DNA from: Obrimoposthia wandeli
Lineage: Eukaryota
DNA: 64,000 nucleotides
NCBI GenBank assembly: GCA_977020255.1
Contig: CDROCS010005164.1
Location: 1-64,000 of the forward strand
Direction: 5' to 3'
The notes under the pieces are model-generated. The model was not told the DNA's origin. It searched no databases and saw only the letters and a list, made by a program, of their open reading frames with translations. Position numbers and translations under genes: made by a program. Position 1 is the stretch's first letter. The number at the start of each line of letters is the position of its first letter. Positions 38,220 to 49,276 of this stretch are shown here, piece after piece.

Positions 38220-38497
38220 TATTTCTATTTAGCCTGTAATGTTTAATTAATTCTTTGCAGTTTCATTGCTGAGGACCACAAATTATAGCGGACACGAGCG
38301 TCACGCTAAAAAAAGAGCATGCAAAGATATTATCCTTGCTGCGAAAAATGTGAGGTATTATACATGTTCATCAAAGGATATGTGGAAATAATGTAGGCAA
38401 TCATAAAATAAAAAGGTCTAGCGTCATTGTATTAAATGAAAAGTAGCGCTTAAGCTTTAGATATTGATTAAGAGAGGTAATAATGATGAAATATTTA

Positions 38498-38545
38498 TGC
38501 GCTATTATGGTGCGATAATATAAAGCTTTGCGTGATAATGGTGCT
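38498..38545. promoter_or_regulatory. Tandem NtrC enhancer sites upstream of glnA
   Basis: TGCGCTATTATGGTGCG (38498) and TGCGTGATAATGGTGCT (38529), 31 bp apart; consensus TGCACCA-N3-TGGTGCA. Confidence 0.8.
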
Positions 38546-38596
38546 TTTTCTGTGAATGGGTCAGCTGAAATGATTAATAATGACCATTTTATTTAT

Positions 38597-38612
38597 TGGC
38601 ATGGCGTTTGCT
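38597..38612 (+). promoter_or_regulatory. Sigma-54 promoter of glnA
   Basis: TGGCATGGCGTTTGCT with GG at 38598 and GC at 38610 (-24/-12 spacing). Confidence 0.85.
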
Positions 38613-38791
38613 TTGTAAGAGATCAAATACAGTAACGTGCTAAGTTTTATTAATAGCTTTGCATGAGAGTAAAAAATTTAGAAACACTTATAAATCAGCT
38701 CATATCAATGATATAAGCTGGATAGAAGGGTTTGTGATTACCATACAGCGGATATATTCGCTTTATTATTATAGTTGAACGGAGATTAGCA

Positions 38792-40195
38792 ATGTCAAAA
38801 ACAATGGGTTTGATCGAAGAACATGGCGTTAAGTGGATTGATTTACGTTTCACTGATTTTAAAGGTAAAGAGCATCACATTACAGTACCTGTATCAGATA
38901 TGGGTGACGAGTTCTTTGAAGAAGGCAAAATGTTTGATGGATCTTCAATTGAAGGTTGGAAAGGCATTCAAGATTCAGACATGATTCTACAGCCAGATGA
39001 TTCTGCTTCAGTTATTGATCCATTTACTGAAGAGTCTACCATTATTGTACGTTGTAACATTATAGAGCCAGCGACAGGTCAAGGTTATGATCGTGATCCT
39101 CGTTCAGTTGGTCTACGTGCACAAGAATACTTGAAATCAACGGGTATTGCTGACTCTGCATTATTTGGGCCTGAGCCTGAGTTTTTTGTTTTTGATGAAG
39201 TTCATTTTGATATTGGCATGAGTGGCTGTAGCTATTCAATCACCTCTGAAGAAGCGGCATGGTCAACTAACCGTAAGCTAGAAAACGGCAACTCTGGACA
39301 TCGTCCAAGAGTAAAAGGCGGTTACTTCCCAGTACCACCTGTTGATTCGTTACATGATATTCGTGGCCAAATGTGTAATGCAATGGAAGCGATGGGTCTT
39401 TATATTGAAGTACACCACCATGAAGTGGGTTCTGCTGGACAATGTGAAATTGGTGTAGGCGCGAACACTCTTGTTGCTAAAGCTGATGAAGTGCAAGTAC
39501 TGAAGTATTGTGTACATAATGTAGCACATGCTTTTGGCAAAACTGCTACGTTTATGCCTAAGCCTGTTGTGGGTGATAACGGATCAGGTATGCATGTTCA
39601 TCAATCTTTATCAAAAGATGGTGTGAACATTTTCGCAGGTGATGCTTATGCTGGTATGAGTGAAACAGCGCTACATTACATTGGCGGTATTATTAAGCAT
39701 GCTAAAGCGTTGAATGCAATTTGTAACCCATCAACTAACTCTTACAAGCGTTTAGTTGCAGGCTACGAAGCACCTGTTATGTTGGCATACTCTGCACGTA
39801 ACCGCTCAGCTTCTATTCGTATACCTTACGTTACAAGCCCTAAAGCACGTCGTATCGAAGCGCGTTTCCCTGATCCGGCAGCAAACCCATACTTATGCTT
39901 TGCGGCATTAATGATGGCGGGTCTTGACGGTATTCAAAACAAGATCGATCCAGGCGAATCTGCAGATAAAGATCTGTATGACCTTCCTCCAGAAGAAGCA
40001 GCTGAGATCCCTGTAGTAGCAGGATCACTACAAGAAGCATTAGATGAGCTACATATTGATCGCGAATTCCTTACCAAAGGTGGCGTTTTCTCTGACGAGA
40101 TGATCGATGCTTACATCGCGCTTAAGCAAGAAGAAGTAAATACTTTAAATATGACAACTCACCCAATTGAATTTGATATGTACTATTCAGTTTAA
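38792..40195 (+). CDS. glnA: Glutamine synthetase type I
   Basis: [37 protein letters not shown] and RIEARFPD motifs. Confidence 0.98.
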   Translation: MSKTMGLIEEHGVKWIDLRFTDFKGKEHHITVPVSDMGDEFFEEGKMFDGSSIEGWKGIQDSDMILQPDDSASVIDPFTEESTIIVRCNIIEPATGQGYDRDPRSVGLRAQEYLKSTGIADSALFGPEPEFFVFDEVHFDIGMSGCSYSITSEEAAWSTNRKLENGNSGHRPRVKGGYFPVPPVDSLHDIRGQMCNAMEAMGLYIEVHHHEVGSAGQCEIGVGANTLVAKADEVQVLKYCVHNVAHAFGKTATFMPKPVVGDNGSGMHVHQSLSKDGVNIFAGDAYAGMSETALHYIGGIIKHAKALNAICNPSTNSYKRLVAGYEAPVMLAYSARNRSASIRIPYVTSPKARRIEARFPDPAANPYLCFAALMMAGLDGIQNKIDPGESADKDLYDLPPEEAAEIPVVAGSLQEALDELHIDREFLTKGGVFSDEMIDAYIALKQEEVNTLNMTTHPIEFDMYYSV

Positions 40196-40332
40196 GGGTA
40201 TGAGTTGAGCAATAGATAATATATTTCTGGGTGATTGTATAACTCAATTACTTATTTAAATATTATCTGTTGTTTAAAGGGTTTAGTAAAAAGCGTGTTA
40301 GTAAAATGCGCCTTTTTATATCCCTTATAAAG

Positions 40333-40364
40333 AGCCCTCTTATCAATGATTGGAGGGCTTTTTT
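40333..40364 (+). terminator. Terminator between glnA and glnL
   Basis: AGCCCTCT-N11-GGAGGGCT-TTTTT. Confidence 0.7.
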
Positions 40365-40462
40365 ATGTCTAAAACTCTGTAATGATGAGAGTAATACCTT
40401 GCTGTTATGTTTCGTTGTAATGTGCTTTTTAACACGGATATGATTCACAAAAAACACACCAA

Positions 40463-40479
40463 CGCACTAAAATGGTGCA
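40463..40479. promoter_or_regulatory. NtrC site upstream of glnL
   Basis: CGCACTAAAATGGTGCA, at the position of the glnLp operator in enterobacteria. Confidence 0.78.
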
Positions 40480-40623
40480 TAATGAAAGCATGAAGAATGG
40501 TTGACCAAATAGCTGATTAAAGAATGTGGTGTGTAACAAATACTAAGCCATCATTAAATTTTAGTGTTGTATCGGTAAAATTATTGTTTTATGTAAGAGG
40601 CTTTCAATGGTGCTATGTGATTT

Positions 40624-41685
40624 ATGATAAATGATGAAGATTTTAAAGCGCTGGTGGGTAATTTAGCAACGGGCGTTATCGTGCTAGATGAGCATTTGAA
40701 TGCAGTTATAATGAATAGCTCAGCTGAGGTTTTAATTGGCGCAAGTGCGAGTAGGTTAACCCTTAAGCCAATTACAGATTGGTTTCAACTTAAGCCCGCT
40801 GAATTTCTGTTGCTAAAAAATGCATTAGCTCAAAATGACCCTTATACGATTCGTGAAGCGACTATCGTGACGATGAAAAATCGCGAAATTACCATTGATT
40901 ATACTGTTACTCCGATGGAGTTATCTTCAATACCCCATTTATTAATTGAGATACAAGGGCGCGATCGGTTATTAAGAATTGAAAGAGAAGAAGAGCTAAT
41001 TAAACGCCATACCACTACGCGAAACTTAGTTAAAGGCATGGCGCATGAAATTAAAAATCCACTCGGAGGCATAAGAGGGGCGGCTCAGCTTCTGGAGAGA
41101 CAATTGCCTGATAAATCATTGACCGAATACACCCAAGTGATTATTGATGAAGCAGATAGGTTAAAGGATTTAGTCGATAAATTGTTAGGCCCAAGATCGC
41201 TCCCTGAATTAAACGCGATTAATGTACATAATGTATTAGAGCGTGTTTATACCTTGGCCATGGTGGCTATTAATGGCGAATTTGAGCTGGTAAGAGATTA
41301 TGATCCGAGTATTCCTGATATCAAAGGTGACAGAAACCAATTGATTCAGGCGATGCTTAATTTGTTATTAAATGCCGTTCAATCTCTGAGCGAAAACCCT
41401 GTTGAAAACCCTAAAATACTCATAAGAACACGCACTAAAAGGCAAGTCACCTTAGGCGCTACTAAGCATAAGTTAGTGTGTTTGATTGAAGTGGTCGATA
41501 ACGGTGTCGGCGTGGCGCAAGCGCTTAAAAGTAGTATGTTTTTCCCGATGATAAGCGGTCGTGCCGATGGCAGCGGCTTAGGCTTATCTATCTCGCAATC
41601 CATTGTGAATCAGCATGCAGGCTTGATTGAGTGTAGAAGCGAGCCTGGCAATACCGTTTTTTCAGTGTGGTTACCGCTTTACTAA
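40624..41685 (+). CDS. glnL: Nitrogen regulation sensor kinase NtrB
   Basis: PAS domain, H-box GMAHEIKNPLGGIRGAAQLL, VRDYDPSIP and G-box GSGLGLSI. Confidence 0.95.
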   Translation: MINDEDFKALVGNLATGVIVLDEHLNAVIMNSSAEVLIGASASRLTLKPITDWFQLKPAEFLLLKNALAQNDPYTIREATIVTMKNREITIDYTVTPMELSSIPHLLIEIQGRDRLLRIEREEELIKRHTTTRNLVKGMAHEIKNPLGGIRGAAQLLERQLPDKSLTEYTQVIIDEADRLKDLVDKLLGPRSLPELNAINVHNVLERVYTLAMVAINGEFELVRDYDPSIPDIKGDRNQLIQAMLNLLLNAVQSLSENPVENPKILIRTRTKRQVTLGATKHKLVCLIEVVDNGVGVAQALKSSMFFPMISGRADGSGLGLSISQSIVNQHAGLIECRSEPGNTVFSVWLPLY

Positions 41686-41740
41686 AAAGCGTAACATGCG
41701 CAATGTTTTGATATGAATCTATTAACTAGCTAGGTGTGAT

Positions 41741-43162
41741 ATGAGTAAGGAATCCTCGGTTTGGATTGTTGATGATGATACGTCAATTAGATGGGTATTA
41801 GAAAAGTCATTGACTAGTGCTACTGTAAAAACACGCACGTTTGAAAATGCCGATGCGTTAATAGAGCAGCTTAAAAAGCAACAGCCAGATGTTATTATTA
41901 GCGACATTCGTATGCCAGGCACAGGGGGTCTTGAGTTACTTGAATACCTAACCCAGCGCTTTTCACATATACCAACAGTGATCATGACTGCGCATTCTGA
42001 TTTAGACAGCGCCGTAGCGTCGTATCAAGGTGGAGCGTTTGAGTATTTACCTAAGCCTTTCGATATTGATGATGCCATTGCTATTGTTGATCGCGCGTTA
42101 GTCTATGGCGCAGAGAAAACACAAAATAAACCAGTAGAGGTGGCGCCCCAAAGTACCGAAATTATTGGTGAATCGCCAGCAATGCAGGAGGTTTTTCGAG
42201 CAATAGGGCGTTTAGCTAAATCCAATATTACTGTTTTAATAAACGGTGATTCAGGTACCGGGAAAGAGCTAGTGGCTCATGCTTTGCATTATCATAGCCC
42301 ACGTAAAAGCAATGAGTTTATCGCTTTGAATATGGCAGCAATCCCTAAAGATTTAATTGAGTCTGAGTTGTTTGGCCATGAAAAGGGTGCGTTCACTGGA
42401 GCAAATAGTGCTCGACGTGGTCGTTTTGAACAAGCAGATGGCGGCACTTTATTTTTAGACGAAATTGGTGATATGCCAGCGCAAGCACAAACGCGTTTAT
42501 TAAGAGTGCTAGCTGATGGAGAGTTCTATCGAGTAGGCGGGCATACATCGGTTAAAGTGGATGTGCGCATCATTACGGCAACCCATCAAAATTTACAAGC
42601 GCTAGTCGCAGAAGGGAAATTTCGAGAAGATTTATTTCATCGTCTTAATGTTATTCGAATACATTTGCCTAATTTAAGTGAGCGACGTGAAGATATATTA
42701 AAGTTAACTAATCATTTTTTATACCAAGCATCTAAAGAACTTGAAGTAGAATGCAAAGTATTATCAGATGAAGCTGCACAGTTAATACAGACACTACCTT
42801 GGCCTGGAAATGTTAGACAACTCGAAAACACCTGTCGCTGGTTAACAGTGATGTGCGTGGCTCGAGAAATATTAGTACAAGATATGCCAGCTGAGCTGTT
42901 ATTAGAGAGAGACGACACGTCACCAGTGTTTGAAAACCAAAACAATTGGCAGCAGTTGTTGAGCGTATGGGTCCAAGAGCAGTTGCATTTAGGGCGCGAG
43001 AATGTCCTTGAAACAGCGCAGCCAGAATTTGAAACGGTGATGATAAAAGCGGCACTAACTTTTACTAAGGGGCGCAAGCAAGAAGCGGCTAAATTGTTAG
43101 GCTGGGGAAGAAACACATTAACAAGAAAACTCAAAGAGCTAGAAGTTGATGTGAAGTTTTAA
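41741..43162 (+). CDS. glnG: Nitrogen regulation response regulator NtrC
   Basis: REC domain, AAA+ ESELFGHEKGAFTGA and HTH LGWGRNTLTRKLKEL. Confidence 0.97.
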   Translation: MSKESSVWIVDDDTSIRWVLEKSLTSATVKTRTFENADALIEQLKKQQPDVIISDIRMPGTGGLELLEYLTQRFSHIPTVIMTAHSDLDSAVASYQGGAFEYLPKPFDIDDAIAIVDRALVYGAEKTQNKPVEVAPQSTEIIGESPAMQEVFRAIGRLAKSNITVLINGDSGTGKELVAHALHYHSPRKSNEFIALNMAAIPKDLIESELFGHEKGAFTGANSARRGRFEQADGGTLFLDEIGDMPAQAQTRLLRVLADGEFYRVGGHTSVKVDVRIITATHQNLQALVAEGKFREDLFHRLNVIRIHLPNLSERREDILKLTNHFLYQASKELEVECKVLSDEAAQLIQTLPWPGNVRQLENTCRWLTVMCVAREILVQDMPAELLLERDDTSPVFENQNNWQQLLSVWVQEQLHLGRENVLETAQPEFETVMIKAALTFTKGRKQEAAKLLGWGRNTLTRKLKELEVDVKF

Positions 43163-43213
43163 TACTCCATCGATAACCACTAATTTTATTGATCTAAGAA
43201 GGAAGTTAAAATA

Positions 43214-43678
43214 ATGTTAAACGTAGTGCTTTATGAGCCTGAAATACCACCAAATACCGGGAATATCATTAGGCTTTGCGCCAATACAGGATTTACGTTG
43301 CATTTAATTGAACCTTTGGGTTTTGAGCTAGAAGATAAGCGTATGCGCCGTGCTGGGCTTGATTATGCCGAATTTGCGAAGATGCAAATTCATCCGAATT
43401 TAGAGGCGTGTTTGAAAAGTTTGCCAGACGCTAAAATTTGGGCTTTAACCACTAAAGCAGAAGCGGTTCATAGTGATGCTAAATTTTCAGCGGGTGATAT
43501 TTTGTTGTTTGGACCTGAAACACGAGGCTTACCTGTTGATGTGCGAGAAAGTATTCCACAAGAGCAATGGTTGAAATTACCGATGATGGCTAATAGCAGA
43601 AGCTTGAATTTGTCAAACGCAGCAGCCGTAACCGTGTATGAAGCGTGGCGACAGTTAGATTATGCGGTTGCAGAATAA
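43214..43678 (+). CDS. trmL: tRNA (cytidine/uridine-34-2'-O)-methyltransferase
   Basis: [29 protein letters not shown] and RSLNLSNA motifs. Confidence 0.95.
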   Translation: MLNVVLYEPEIPPNTGNIIRLCANTGFTLHLIEPLGFELEDKRMRRAGLDYAEFAKMQIHPNLEACLKSLPDAKIWALTTKAEAVHSDAKFSAGDILLFGPETRGLPVDVRESIPQEQWLKLPMMANSRSLNLSNAAAVTVYEAWRQLDYAVAE

Positions 43679-43844
43679 AATTTGTCGGCTATTAGTTTAG
43701 TATGCGTTAAAAAAATTTAGCTCTAACATGCTTGACGCTCGCAGGTGCTTGATAATCAGTGTATAAAGGTTTTAATTTATAATGAACACTGTTGTTTGAA
43801 GTTTCATTTCCTTATTAAAAACAAATAGTCATAGTTTGTAGCCA

Positions 43845-44753
43845 ATGAAAATATATCGTATAAAATTAAAATCTTTTCTGACGATCGCCCTCTTAACAAC
43901 GATTGCACATAACGCTGTAGCAAAAGAAATGAGCGTTGATGAAGTGTGTAAAAAAATTGGCAAGAAACTATCAAGCGTTTCTGTCAGTGAGTGTAGAAAA
44001 CTTAAATTCAATAAGCCCCGTTTTTATTCAGTCAACGGGATTCCGCTTTTAGAAAAGCATTACAAAGCTTCAAAAAAGAAAAAATATGCTCCCAAGATAT
44101 TATTTATCGGCGGTATTCATGGTGATGAATACTCAAGTGTAAGCGTGACGTTTAAATGGCTTAAAACGCTGAATAAATATCACAGTGGCTCATATGATTG
44201 GCATTTTTTACCCCTGGTAAATCCTGATGGATTACTAACAAAGAAATCTACGCGGGTTAATGCCCATAAAATAGATCTTAATCGCAATTTTGAAACAGCG
44301 GGAGACAGCATTGCGCCTTTAGATCACTGGAAAAAGAAAACTAAGCAAAGAAAGCGTTATTATCCAGGAAAGATGCCATTAAGTGAGCCTGAATCACTCG
44401 CTATACATCAGTTGATAGAAGAGCTTAAGCCTACCGTTATCGTGTCTGTTCATGCGCCTCATGGTATTTTAGATTTTGATGGTAAGGTTAAGCCGCCTAA
44501 AAAACTAGGCCCGTTACGCTTGCGTCAATTAGGAACTTACCCAGGGTCATTAGGTAATTATGGTTACCACATTAAAGGTATTCCGGTGATGACCATTGAA
44601 TTAGAACATGCAGGCATTATGCCTAAAAAGGCGCAGATTTCGCAGATGTGGACTGATTTAGTGCGCTGGATAAAAGTAAAAACAAAATCAAAAGAAATAG
44701 TCACTTTACTTGAAGAGCCACAAAGTGCAGCGCCCAAAGTCGTAAATAAGTAA
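43845..44753 (+). CDS. M14 zinc carboxypeptidase (MpaA-like murein peptide amidase), exported
   Basis: Signal peptide, GGIHGDE, DLNRNF, VSVHAP and TIEL motifs. Confidence 0.85.
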   Translation: MKIYRIKLKSFLTIALLTTIAHNAVAKEMSVDEVCKKIGKKLSSVSVSECRKLKFNKPRFYSVNGIPLLEKHYKASKKKKYAPKILFIGGIHGDEYSSVSVTFKWLKTLNKYHSGSYDWHFLPLVNPDGLLTKKSTRVNAHKIDLNRNFETAGDSIAPLDHWKKKTKQRKRYYPGKMPLSEPESLAIHQLIEELKPTVIVSVHAPHGILDFDGKVKPPKKLGPLRLRQLGTYPGSLGNYGYHIKGIPVMTIELEHAGIMPKKAQISQMWTDLVRWIKVKTKSKEIVTLLEEPQSAAPKVVNK

Positions 44754-44761
44754 GCACTGGG

Positions 44762-44936
44762 CATTATCCTAAATTCGGCAGTTGAATCACGAAATTAAGC
44801 ATAAGCTCTTGATGCACCTAGAAAACCAGAAAATGTTCTCATCCTCAATAAGGCGACCACAAGTTTTTTGGATTTACTATGCACACCCATATCTAGCACC
44901 TCTTTTCCGTGCTCAATCACCGAATCTAGGATCATG
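44762..44936. mobile_element. 175-bp MITE-like element or IS remnant with terminal inverted repeats
   Basis: Left CATTATCCTAAATTCGGCAGTTGA versus reverse-complemented right CATGATCCTAGATTCGGTGATTGA (19/24). No transposase and no evident target-site duplication. Confidence 0.62.
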
Positions 44937-44956
44937 TTATCTTGAAAAAAAGGCAT

Positions 44957-44985
44957 AAAAAAACAGAGCATCGCTCTGTTTTTTT
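44957..44985. terminator. Bidirectional terminator
   Basis: AAAAAAACAGAGC-ATC-GCTCTGTTTTTTT. Confidence 0.88.
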
Positions 44986-45000
44986 TAAACGCATTATTAA

Positions 45001-45474
45001 TTAATGCTGAGTGCTTTCTTCTTCTGTTTCAGCGTTAGCTTCATTATGCATATTTTCTAACTGCTGAGCGAACAACGCATCAAAGTTAACAGGTGCAAGC
45101 ATAAGCGCAGGGAAACTTGCTTTAACGACTAAGCCGTCAATCGTTTCTCTTGCATAAGGAAACAAAATATTAGGGCAGAATGCGCCAAGAGCATGATGCG
45201 TTTCAGCCTCTTCCATTCCTGAAACAACAAAGATACCTGCTTGTTGTACTTCAATTAAGAAAGCCGTTTCATCTTCGTTTTTAGCCGTAACAGTTAATGT
45301 TAGAACTACTTCGTAAACACTGTCACCTAATTCTTGAGATTGTGTGTTCATCTCTAGATTGATTTCAGGTTTCCACTCTTGCGTAAACGATTGCGGGCTG
45401 TTTGGCGCTTCTAGTGAAATATCTTTAAGATAAATACGCTGAATGCTAAATTGCGGTGCTTTTTCTTCAGGCAT
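45001..45474 (-). CDS. secB: Protein-export chaperone SecB
   Basis: [27 protein letters not shown] and [11 protein letters not shown] motifs. Confidence 0.96.
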   Translation of the reverse strand: MPEEKAPQFSIQRIYLKDISLEAPNSPQSFTQEWKPEINLEMNTQSQELGDSVYEVVLTLTVTAKNEDETAFLIEVQQAGIFVVSGMEEAETHHALGAFCPNILFPYARETIDGLVVKASFPALMLAPVNFDALFAQQLENMHNEANAETEEESTQH

Positions 45475-45491
45475 GGTAAGTCCTTAATTTT

Positions 45492-45746
45492 TTATTGTGA
45501 AAGTAGTGTATCTAATTGGTCATTGCGATCAAGCGCATAAAGCTCGTCGCAGCCACCGATATGTTTTTTATTGATAAAAATTTGCGGCACAGTGCGTGCT
45601 TTGCTTCTAGCCATCATTTCTTTCTTGAGGCTGGGCGTTTTATCAACGGCAAATTCTTTGAAAGTCACATTCTTTTGTTTTAACAACATTTTAGCGCGCA
45701 CGCAGTACGGGCAAAATTTTGTAGTATAAATCTCGATATCAGCCAT
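45492..45746 (-). CDS. grxC: Glutaredoxin 3
   Basis: CPYC, TVPQIFI and GGCD motifs. Confidence 0.93.
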   Translation of the reverse strand: MADIEIYTTKFCPYCVRAKMLLKQKNVTFKEFAVDKTPSLKKEMMARSKARTVPQIFINKKHIGGCDELYALDRNDQLDTLLSQ

Positions 45747-45747
45747 G

Positions 45748-46161
45748 TTATTTTACCAAAGGTAAATTTTGAGCTTTCCACTCAACAATGCCACCTTTAA
45801 GGCGGACAACCTTTTCAAAACCGGCAGCCATCAATTTTTTGCTAACACTACCCGCTGTTTGGCCCATATTACAAACAACAATAATGTCTTTGCTTTTATG
45901 CTTGTCTAGTTCGCCTAAACGCTTGTCGAAATCAACTACCGGTATATGGATTGAATTAGTGATAGCACCTGTTTCCCATTCTTTTTTAGTGCGAATATCG
46001 AGAAGTACTGCGTCTTGCTTATTGATCAACTGCACAGCTTCAGTGGTGCTGACGCTAGCGCCAGATTTTTTGCTTTCACTAAAAAGCAGCATGCCAAGTG
46101 ATAAAACGAACGCTAAAACTAGCATGTAATTATTAGTGACAAATTCGATTAATTGTTCCAT
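45748..46161 (-). CDS. Membrane-anchored rhodanese-like protein (YibN-like)
   Basis: N-terminal TM helix and rhodanese fold; conserved position upstream of grxC-secB. Confidence 0.88.
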   Translation of the reverse strand: MEQLIEFVTNNYMLVLAFVLSLGMLLFSESKKSGASVSTTEAVQLINKQDAVLLDIRTKKEWETGAITNSIHIPVVDFDKRLGELDKHKSKDIIVVCNMGQTAGSVSKKLMAAGFEKVVRLKGGIVEWKAQNLPLVK

Positions 46162-46463
46162 TTTTTACCTTATGACCAGATACAGAGAGTAATATTTGGG
46201 CGCAAGTATACATCGACAGATCAATGCTGATAAGAGCTGGCACAATATATTCGACAATAAACTGAGATAAGGTTTATAAAAGGGGTGTTAAGCGAGATGT
46301 TTTCTTTTAGCTGCTGTGTTTTTTCGGTAGGATTAGCATCTTATGAATCAATGTGATTTTAAATTGTCACACTGGGACTAGTCGCAAGCTATGAGTAATG
46401 ATTATTACTTTTTTACGATCATCTTAGCCTGTGAAATCAAAATACTGTATTAAAGGAAAATAA

Positions 46464-48008
46464 ATGACTGGCAAGATTGCGACCGCCCTAATAATTTTAG
46501 ATGGCTTTGGTGTCGAACAAACAGAATCTTCAGCTGTAACGGCTGCTAATACGCCAGTATGGGATGCTTTAATGCGTGAAAACCCACATGCGCTCATTGA
46601 TACTTCAGGTGCTGCAGTTGGATTACCTGATGGCCAAATGGGCAATTCAGAAGTGGGGCATATGAATATTGGCGCCGGTCGTGTTGTTTATCAAAACCTG
46701 ACTCGCATTACCAAGGCGATTGAAGACGGCGAGTTTCAGAAAAACCCTGTGCTCACACAATCAATTGATAAAGCGTTAGCTAATGACGGTGCGGTACATT
46801 TTGTCGGTTTATTATCTCCAGGTGGTGTGCATTCTCATGAGCAGCATTGCTTTGCTGCTATTAGAATGGCGATTGCGCGTGGTGCCAAGAAAGTATTTTT
46901 ACACGCCATCCTTGATGGCCGTGATATGCCGCCTAGGTCAGCTCAAAGTTCGCTTGAAAAGGCACAAGCACTATTCTTAGAGTACGCCGATACACTTGAG
47001 CAAGGTGGAGTGGCAACTGTGGTAGGTCGCTATTATGCAATGGATAGAGATAACCGCTGGGACAGAGTACAGCAAGCGTATGATGCCATGGTTGAAGGTC
47101 GTGGTAAGTACACTAGTCAGTCGGCAGTAGATGCACTAAAAGATGCGTACGCACGTGAAGAAAACGATGAGTTTGTGGCCGCGACTTGTATTTCAGGAGT
47201 TGAAGGGCAGATCAACGACGGCGATAGCGTTATTTGTTTTAACTTCAGGCCTGATAGATCAAGGGAAATAACTCGTGCGATACTAGAGCCTGATTTTGAT
47301 GGCTTTGTACGTGGCAAGTGCGTTGAGTTAGCTGATTATGTCATGTTGACTCAATATGCGGCAGATATAAAGGCCAGTTGTGCTTACCTACCCAGCGCTA
47401 TTTCTAACGATTTAGGTGAGTATGTTTCTGGGTTAGGTAAAACTCAATTACGCATTGCTGAAACAGAAAAGTATGCGCATGTGACCTTCTTTTTCAATGG
47501 TGGGCAAGAGCAAGAGTATCCTGGAGAGCAACGTATATTGGTACCATCACCCAACGTAGCAACCTACGATTTACAACCGCAAATGAGCGCGCCTGAGGTT
47601 ACTCAAAAATTGTGTGCTGCGATTGATTCAAAAGCGTTTGATCTAATTATTTGTAATTATGCCAACCCTGACATGGTAGGGCACACCGGCGTATTCAGTG
47701 CCGCAGTGGAGGCCGTTGAAGCAGTTGACTTAGCGGTTGGTGAAGTAATTAAAGCGATGCGTAAGGTAGGAGGCGAAGTATTAATTACCGCTGATCACGG
47801 TAACGTAGAAATGATGCGTAATCCAGACACTGGGCAAGCACACACCTCTCATACGTTATTCCCGGTAGCCCTTGTTTATGATGGCCCTAAAAACCAAACG
47901 TTGTCACTTAACAATGGTGCGCTGTGTGATTTAGCGCCAACGCTATTAGCACTTATGCAGATTGAAAAGCCAAGTGAAATGACGGGGCAGTCGCTTGTCA
48001 AAAAATAG
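46464..48008 (+). CDS. gpmI: 2,3-bisphosphoglycerate-independent phosphoglycerate mutase
   Basis: [39 protein letters not shown] and NPDMVGHTG motifs. Confidence 0.97.
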   Translation: MTGKIATALIILDGFGVEQTESSAVTAANTPVWDALMRENPHALIDTSGAAVGLPDGQMGNSEVGHMNIGAGRVVYQNLTRITKAIEDGEFQKNPVLTQSIDKALANDGAVHFVGLLSPGGVHSHEQHCFAAIRMAIARGAKKVFLHAILDGRDMPPRSAQSSLEKAQALFLEYADTLEQGGVATVVGRYYAMDRDNRWDRVQQAYDAMVEGRGKYTSQSAVDALKDAYAREENDEFVAATCISGVEGQINDGDSVICFNFRPDRSREITRAILEPDFDGFVRGKCVELADYVMLTQYAADIKASCAYLPSAISNDLGEYVSGLGKTQLRIAETEKYAHVTFFFNGGQEQEYPGEQRILVPSPNVATYDLQPQMSAPEVTQKLCAAIDSKAFDLIICNYANPDMVGHTGVFSAAVEAVEAVDLAVGEVIKAMRKVGGEVLITADHGNVEMMRNPDTGQAHTSHTLFPVALVYDGPKNQTLSLNNGALCDLAPTLLALMQIEKPSEMTGQSLVKK

Positions 48009-49239
48009 AAGCCTTATCAAGTGTGGTATCAGCGCTGCTCGTAAGCTATTAGTTGTCTTGATTGGCCTTAGTTTTATAGGGTTTCAAATGCCGCTGCATG
48101 CAGCAAGTGCTAAAAAGCCGGCAGTAGAGGCCAAGCAATTACAGCGGTTACTGAAAAAGCTCAAAGTTGAGTTGAAAAAAGAGCGCTCCAAGCGCTCTAA
48201 CGAAGAAAGAGCATTGCAAAAAAATGAGCAGAGTATTGCCACTCTTGCTTCTCAAATTAGCTTAATTGATTTGAAACTCAATGGATTAAACAAAAATCTA
48301 AACTCTTACAAAGCGAATAGAGAGAGTATTCAAAGCCAGTTAGATGTATTGCGAAATAGCTTGAATTTGTTACTCAAGCAGCGTTACCAAATGGGAGAGC
48401 AGACCCCGTTAAAACTGCTTATTAACCAAAAGGACCCTGAGCAAGTGTCGAGGATGTTGATGTATTTTGAAAAGATACGTCTGCATCAAACCTCCAAAGT
48501 ATTGGCTTATCGAGAACTGTTAGCAGAGCATACCAATAACAATGTTAAAATTGATAAAACAGAAGCCCAACTGTTAAAAGAAAAACAATTACTCAAAAAG
48601 CAGCAAAAAAAATTAACAGCGACTAGAGCGCTACGTAAAAAAAGCTTAGCTAAGATCGACGGTAAGATTTCAAAAAACACTTCTAAAATACGTAAAATTG
48701 CAGCAGATAAAAAACGCTTAGATAGAGTTGTCTCTCGTATTCAAAAAGCAGTCGCTAAAGATAAGGCGGCAGCTAAAGTTAAGGCAAAAGCGGCTAAACG
48801 TAAGAAAGAAAAAAAATTGGCACAAGCAAAAAGAGTGATAGATAATCGTCCTTTTAAACAGCTTAAGGGTAAGTTGCCTTGGCCGTTGAAAGGAAAAATT
48901 GGGCGTAAGTTTGGATCCACAGAAAACAGCTTACGCTATGACGGAATACTGATTTACGCACGCCAAGGTACTCCAGTTAAAGCAGTCCACACAGGAAAAG
49001 TCGTTTTTGCGGATTGGTTGAGAAGTTATGGCATGGTAATGATAGTTGATCACGGTGTTGGGTATTTGACTCTGTATGGGCATAATGATCAATTAAATAA
49101 AAAAGTAGGACAAAAAGTCTATCCAGGTGAAGTGATAGCACTAGCGGGTAGCAGTGGCGGTAATCAGCGCTCAGGATTATATTTTGCTATTCGTCGTAAC
49201 GGTCAAACGACCAATCCGCAACCATGGTTTGCGCGATAA
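47995..49239 (+). CDS. envC: Murein hydrolase activator EnvC-like (coiled coil plus M23 domain)
   Basis: Long coiled coil and an M23-like domain lacking zinc ligands (YDGILI, LTLYGH, LYFAIR); located between gpmI and the S41 peptidase. Confidence 0.85.
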   Translation: MSKNRSLIKCGISAARKLLVVLIGLSFIGFQMPLHAASAKKPAVEAKQLQRLLKKLKVELKKERSKRSNEERALQKNEQSIATLASQISLIDLKLNGLNKNLNSYKANRESIQSQLDVLRNSLNLLLKQRYQMGEQTPLKLLINQKDPEQVSRMLMYFEKIRLHQTSKVLAYRELLAEHTNNNVKIDKTEAQLLKEKQLLKKQQKKLTATRALRKKSLAKIDGKISKNTSKIRKIAADKKRLDRVVSRIQKAVAKDKAAAKVKAKAAKRKKEKKLAQAKRVIDNRPFKQLKGKLPWPLKGKIGRKFGSTENSLRYDGILIYARQGTPVKAVHTGKVVFADWLRSYGMVMIVDHGVGYLTLYGHNDQLNKKVGQKVYPGEVIALAGSSGGNQRSGLYFAIRRNGQTTNPQPWFAR

Positions 49240-49276
49240 TAAAACAAAGCTGCTGTTTGGCTTATAAAGGATAAAT

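Noticed and set aside
38301-38314. 14-mer TCACGCTAAAAAAA shared with 1028-1041
   Set aside because: Half the match is an A-run, and the flanks share nothing.
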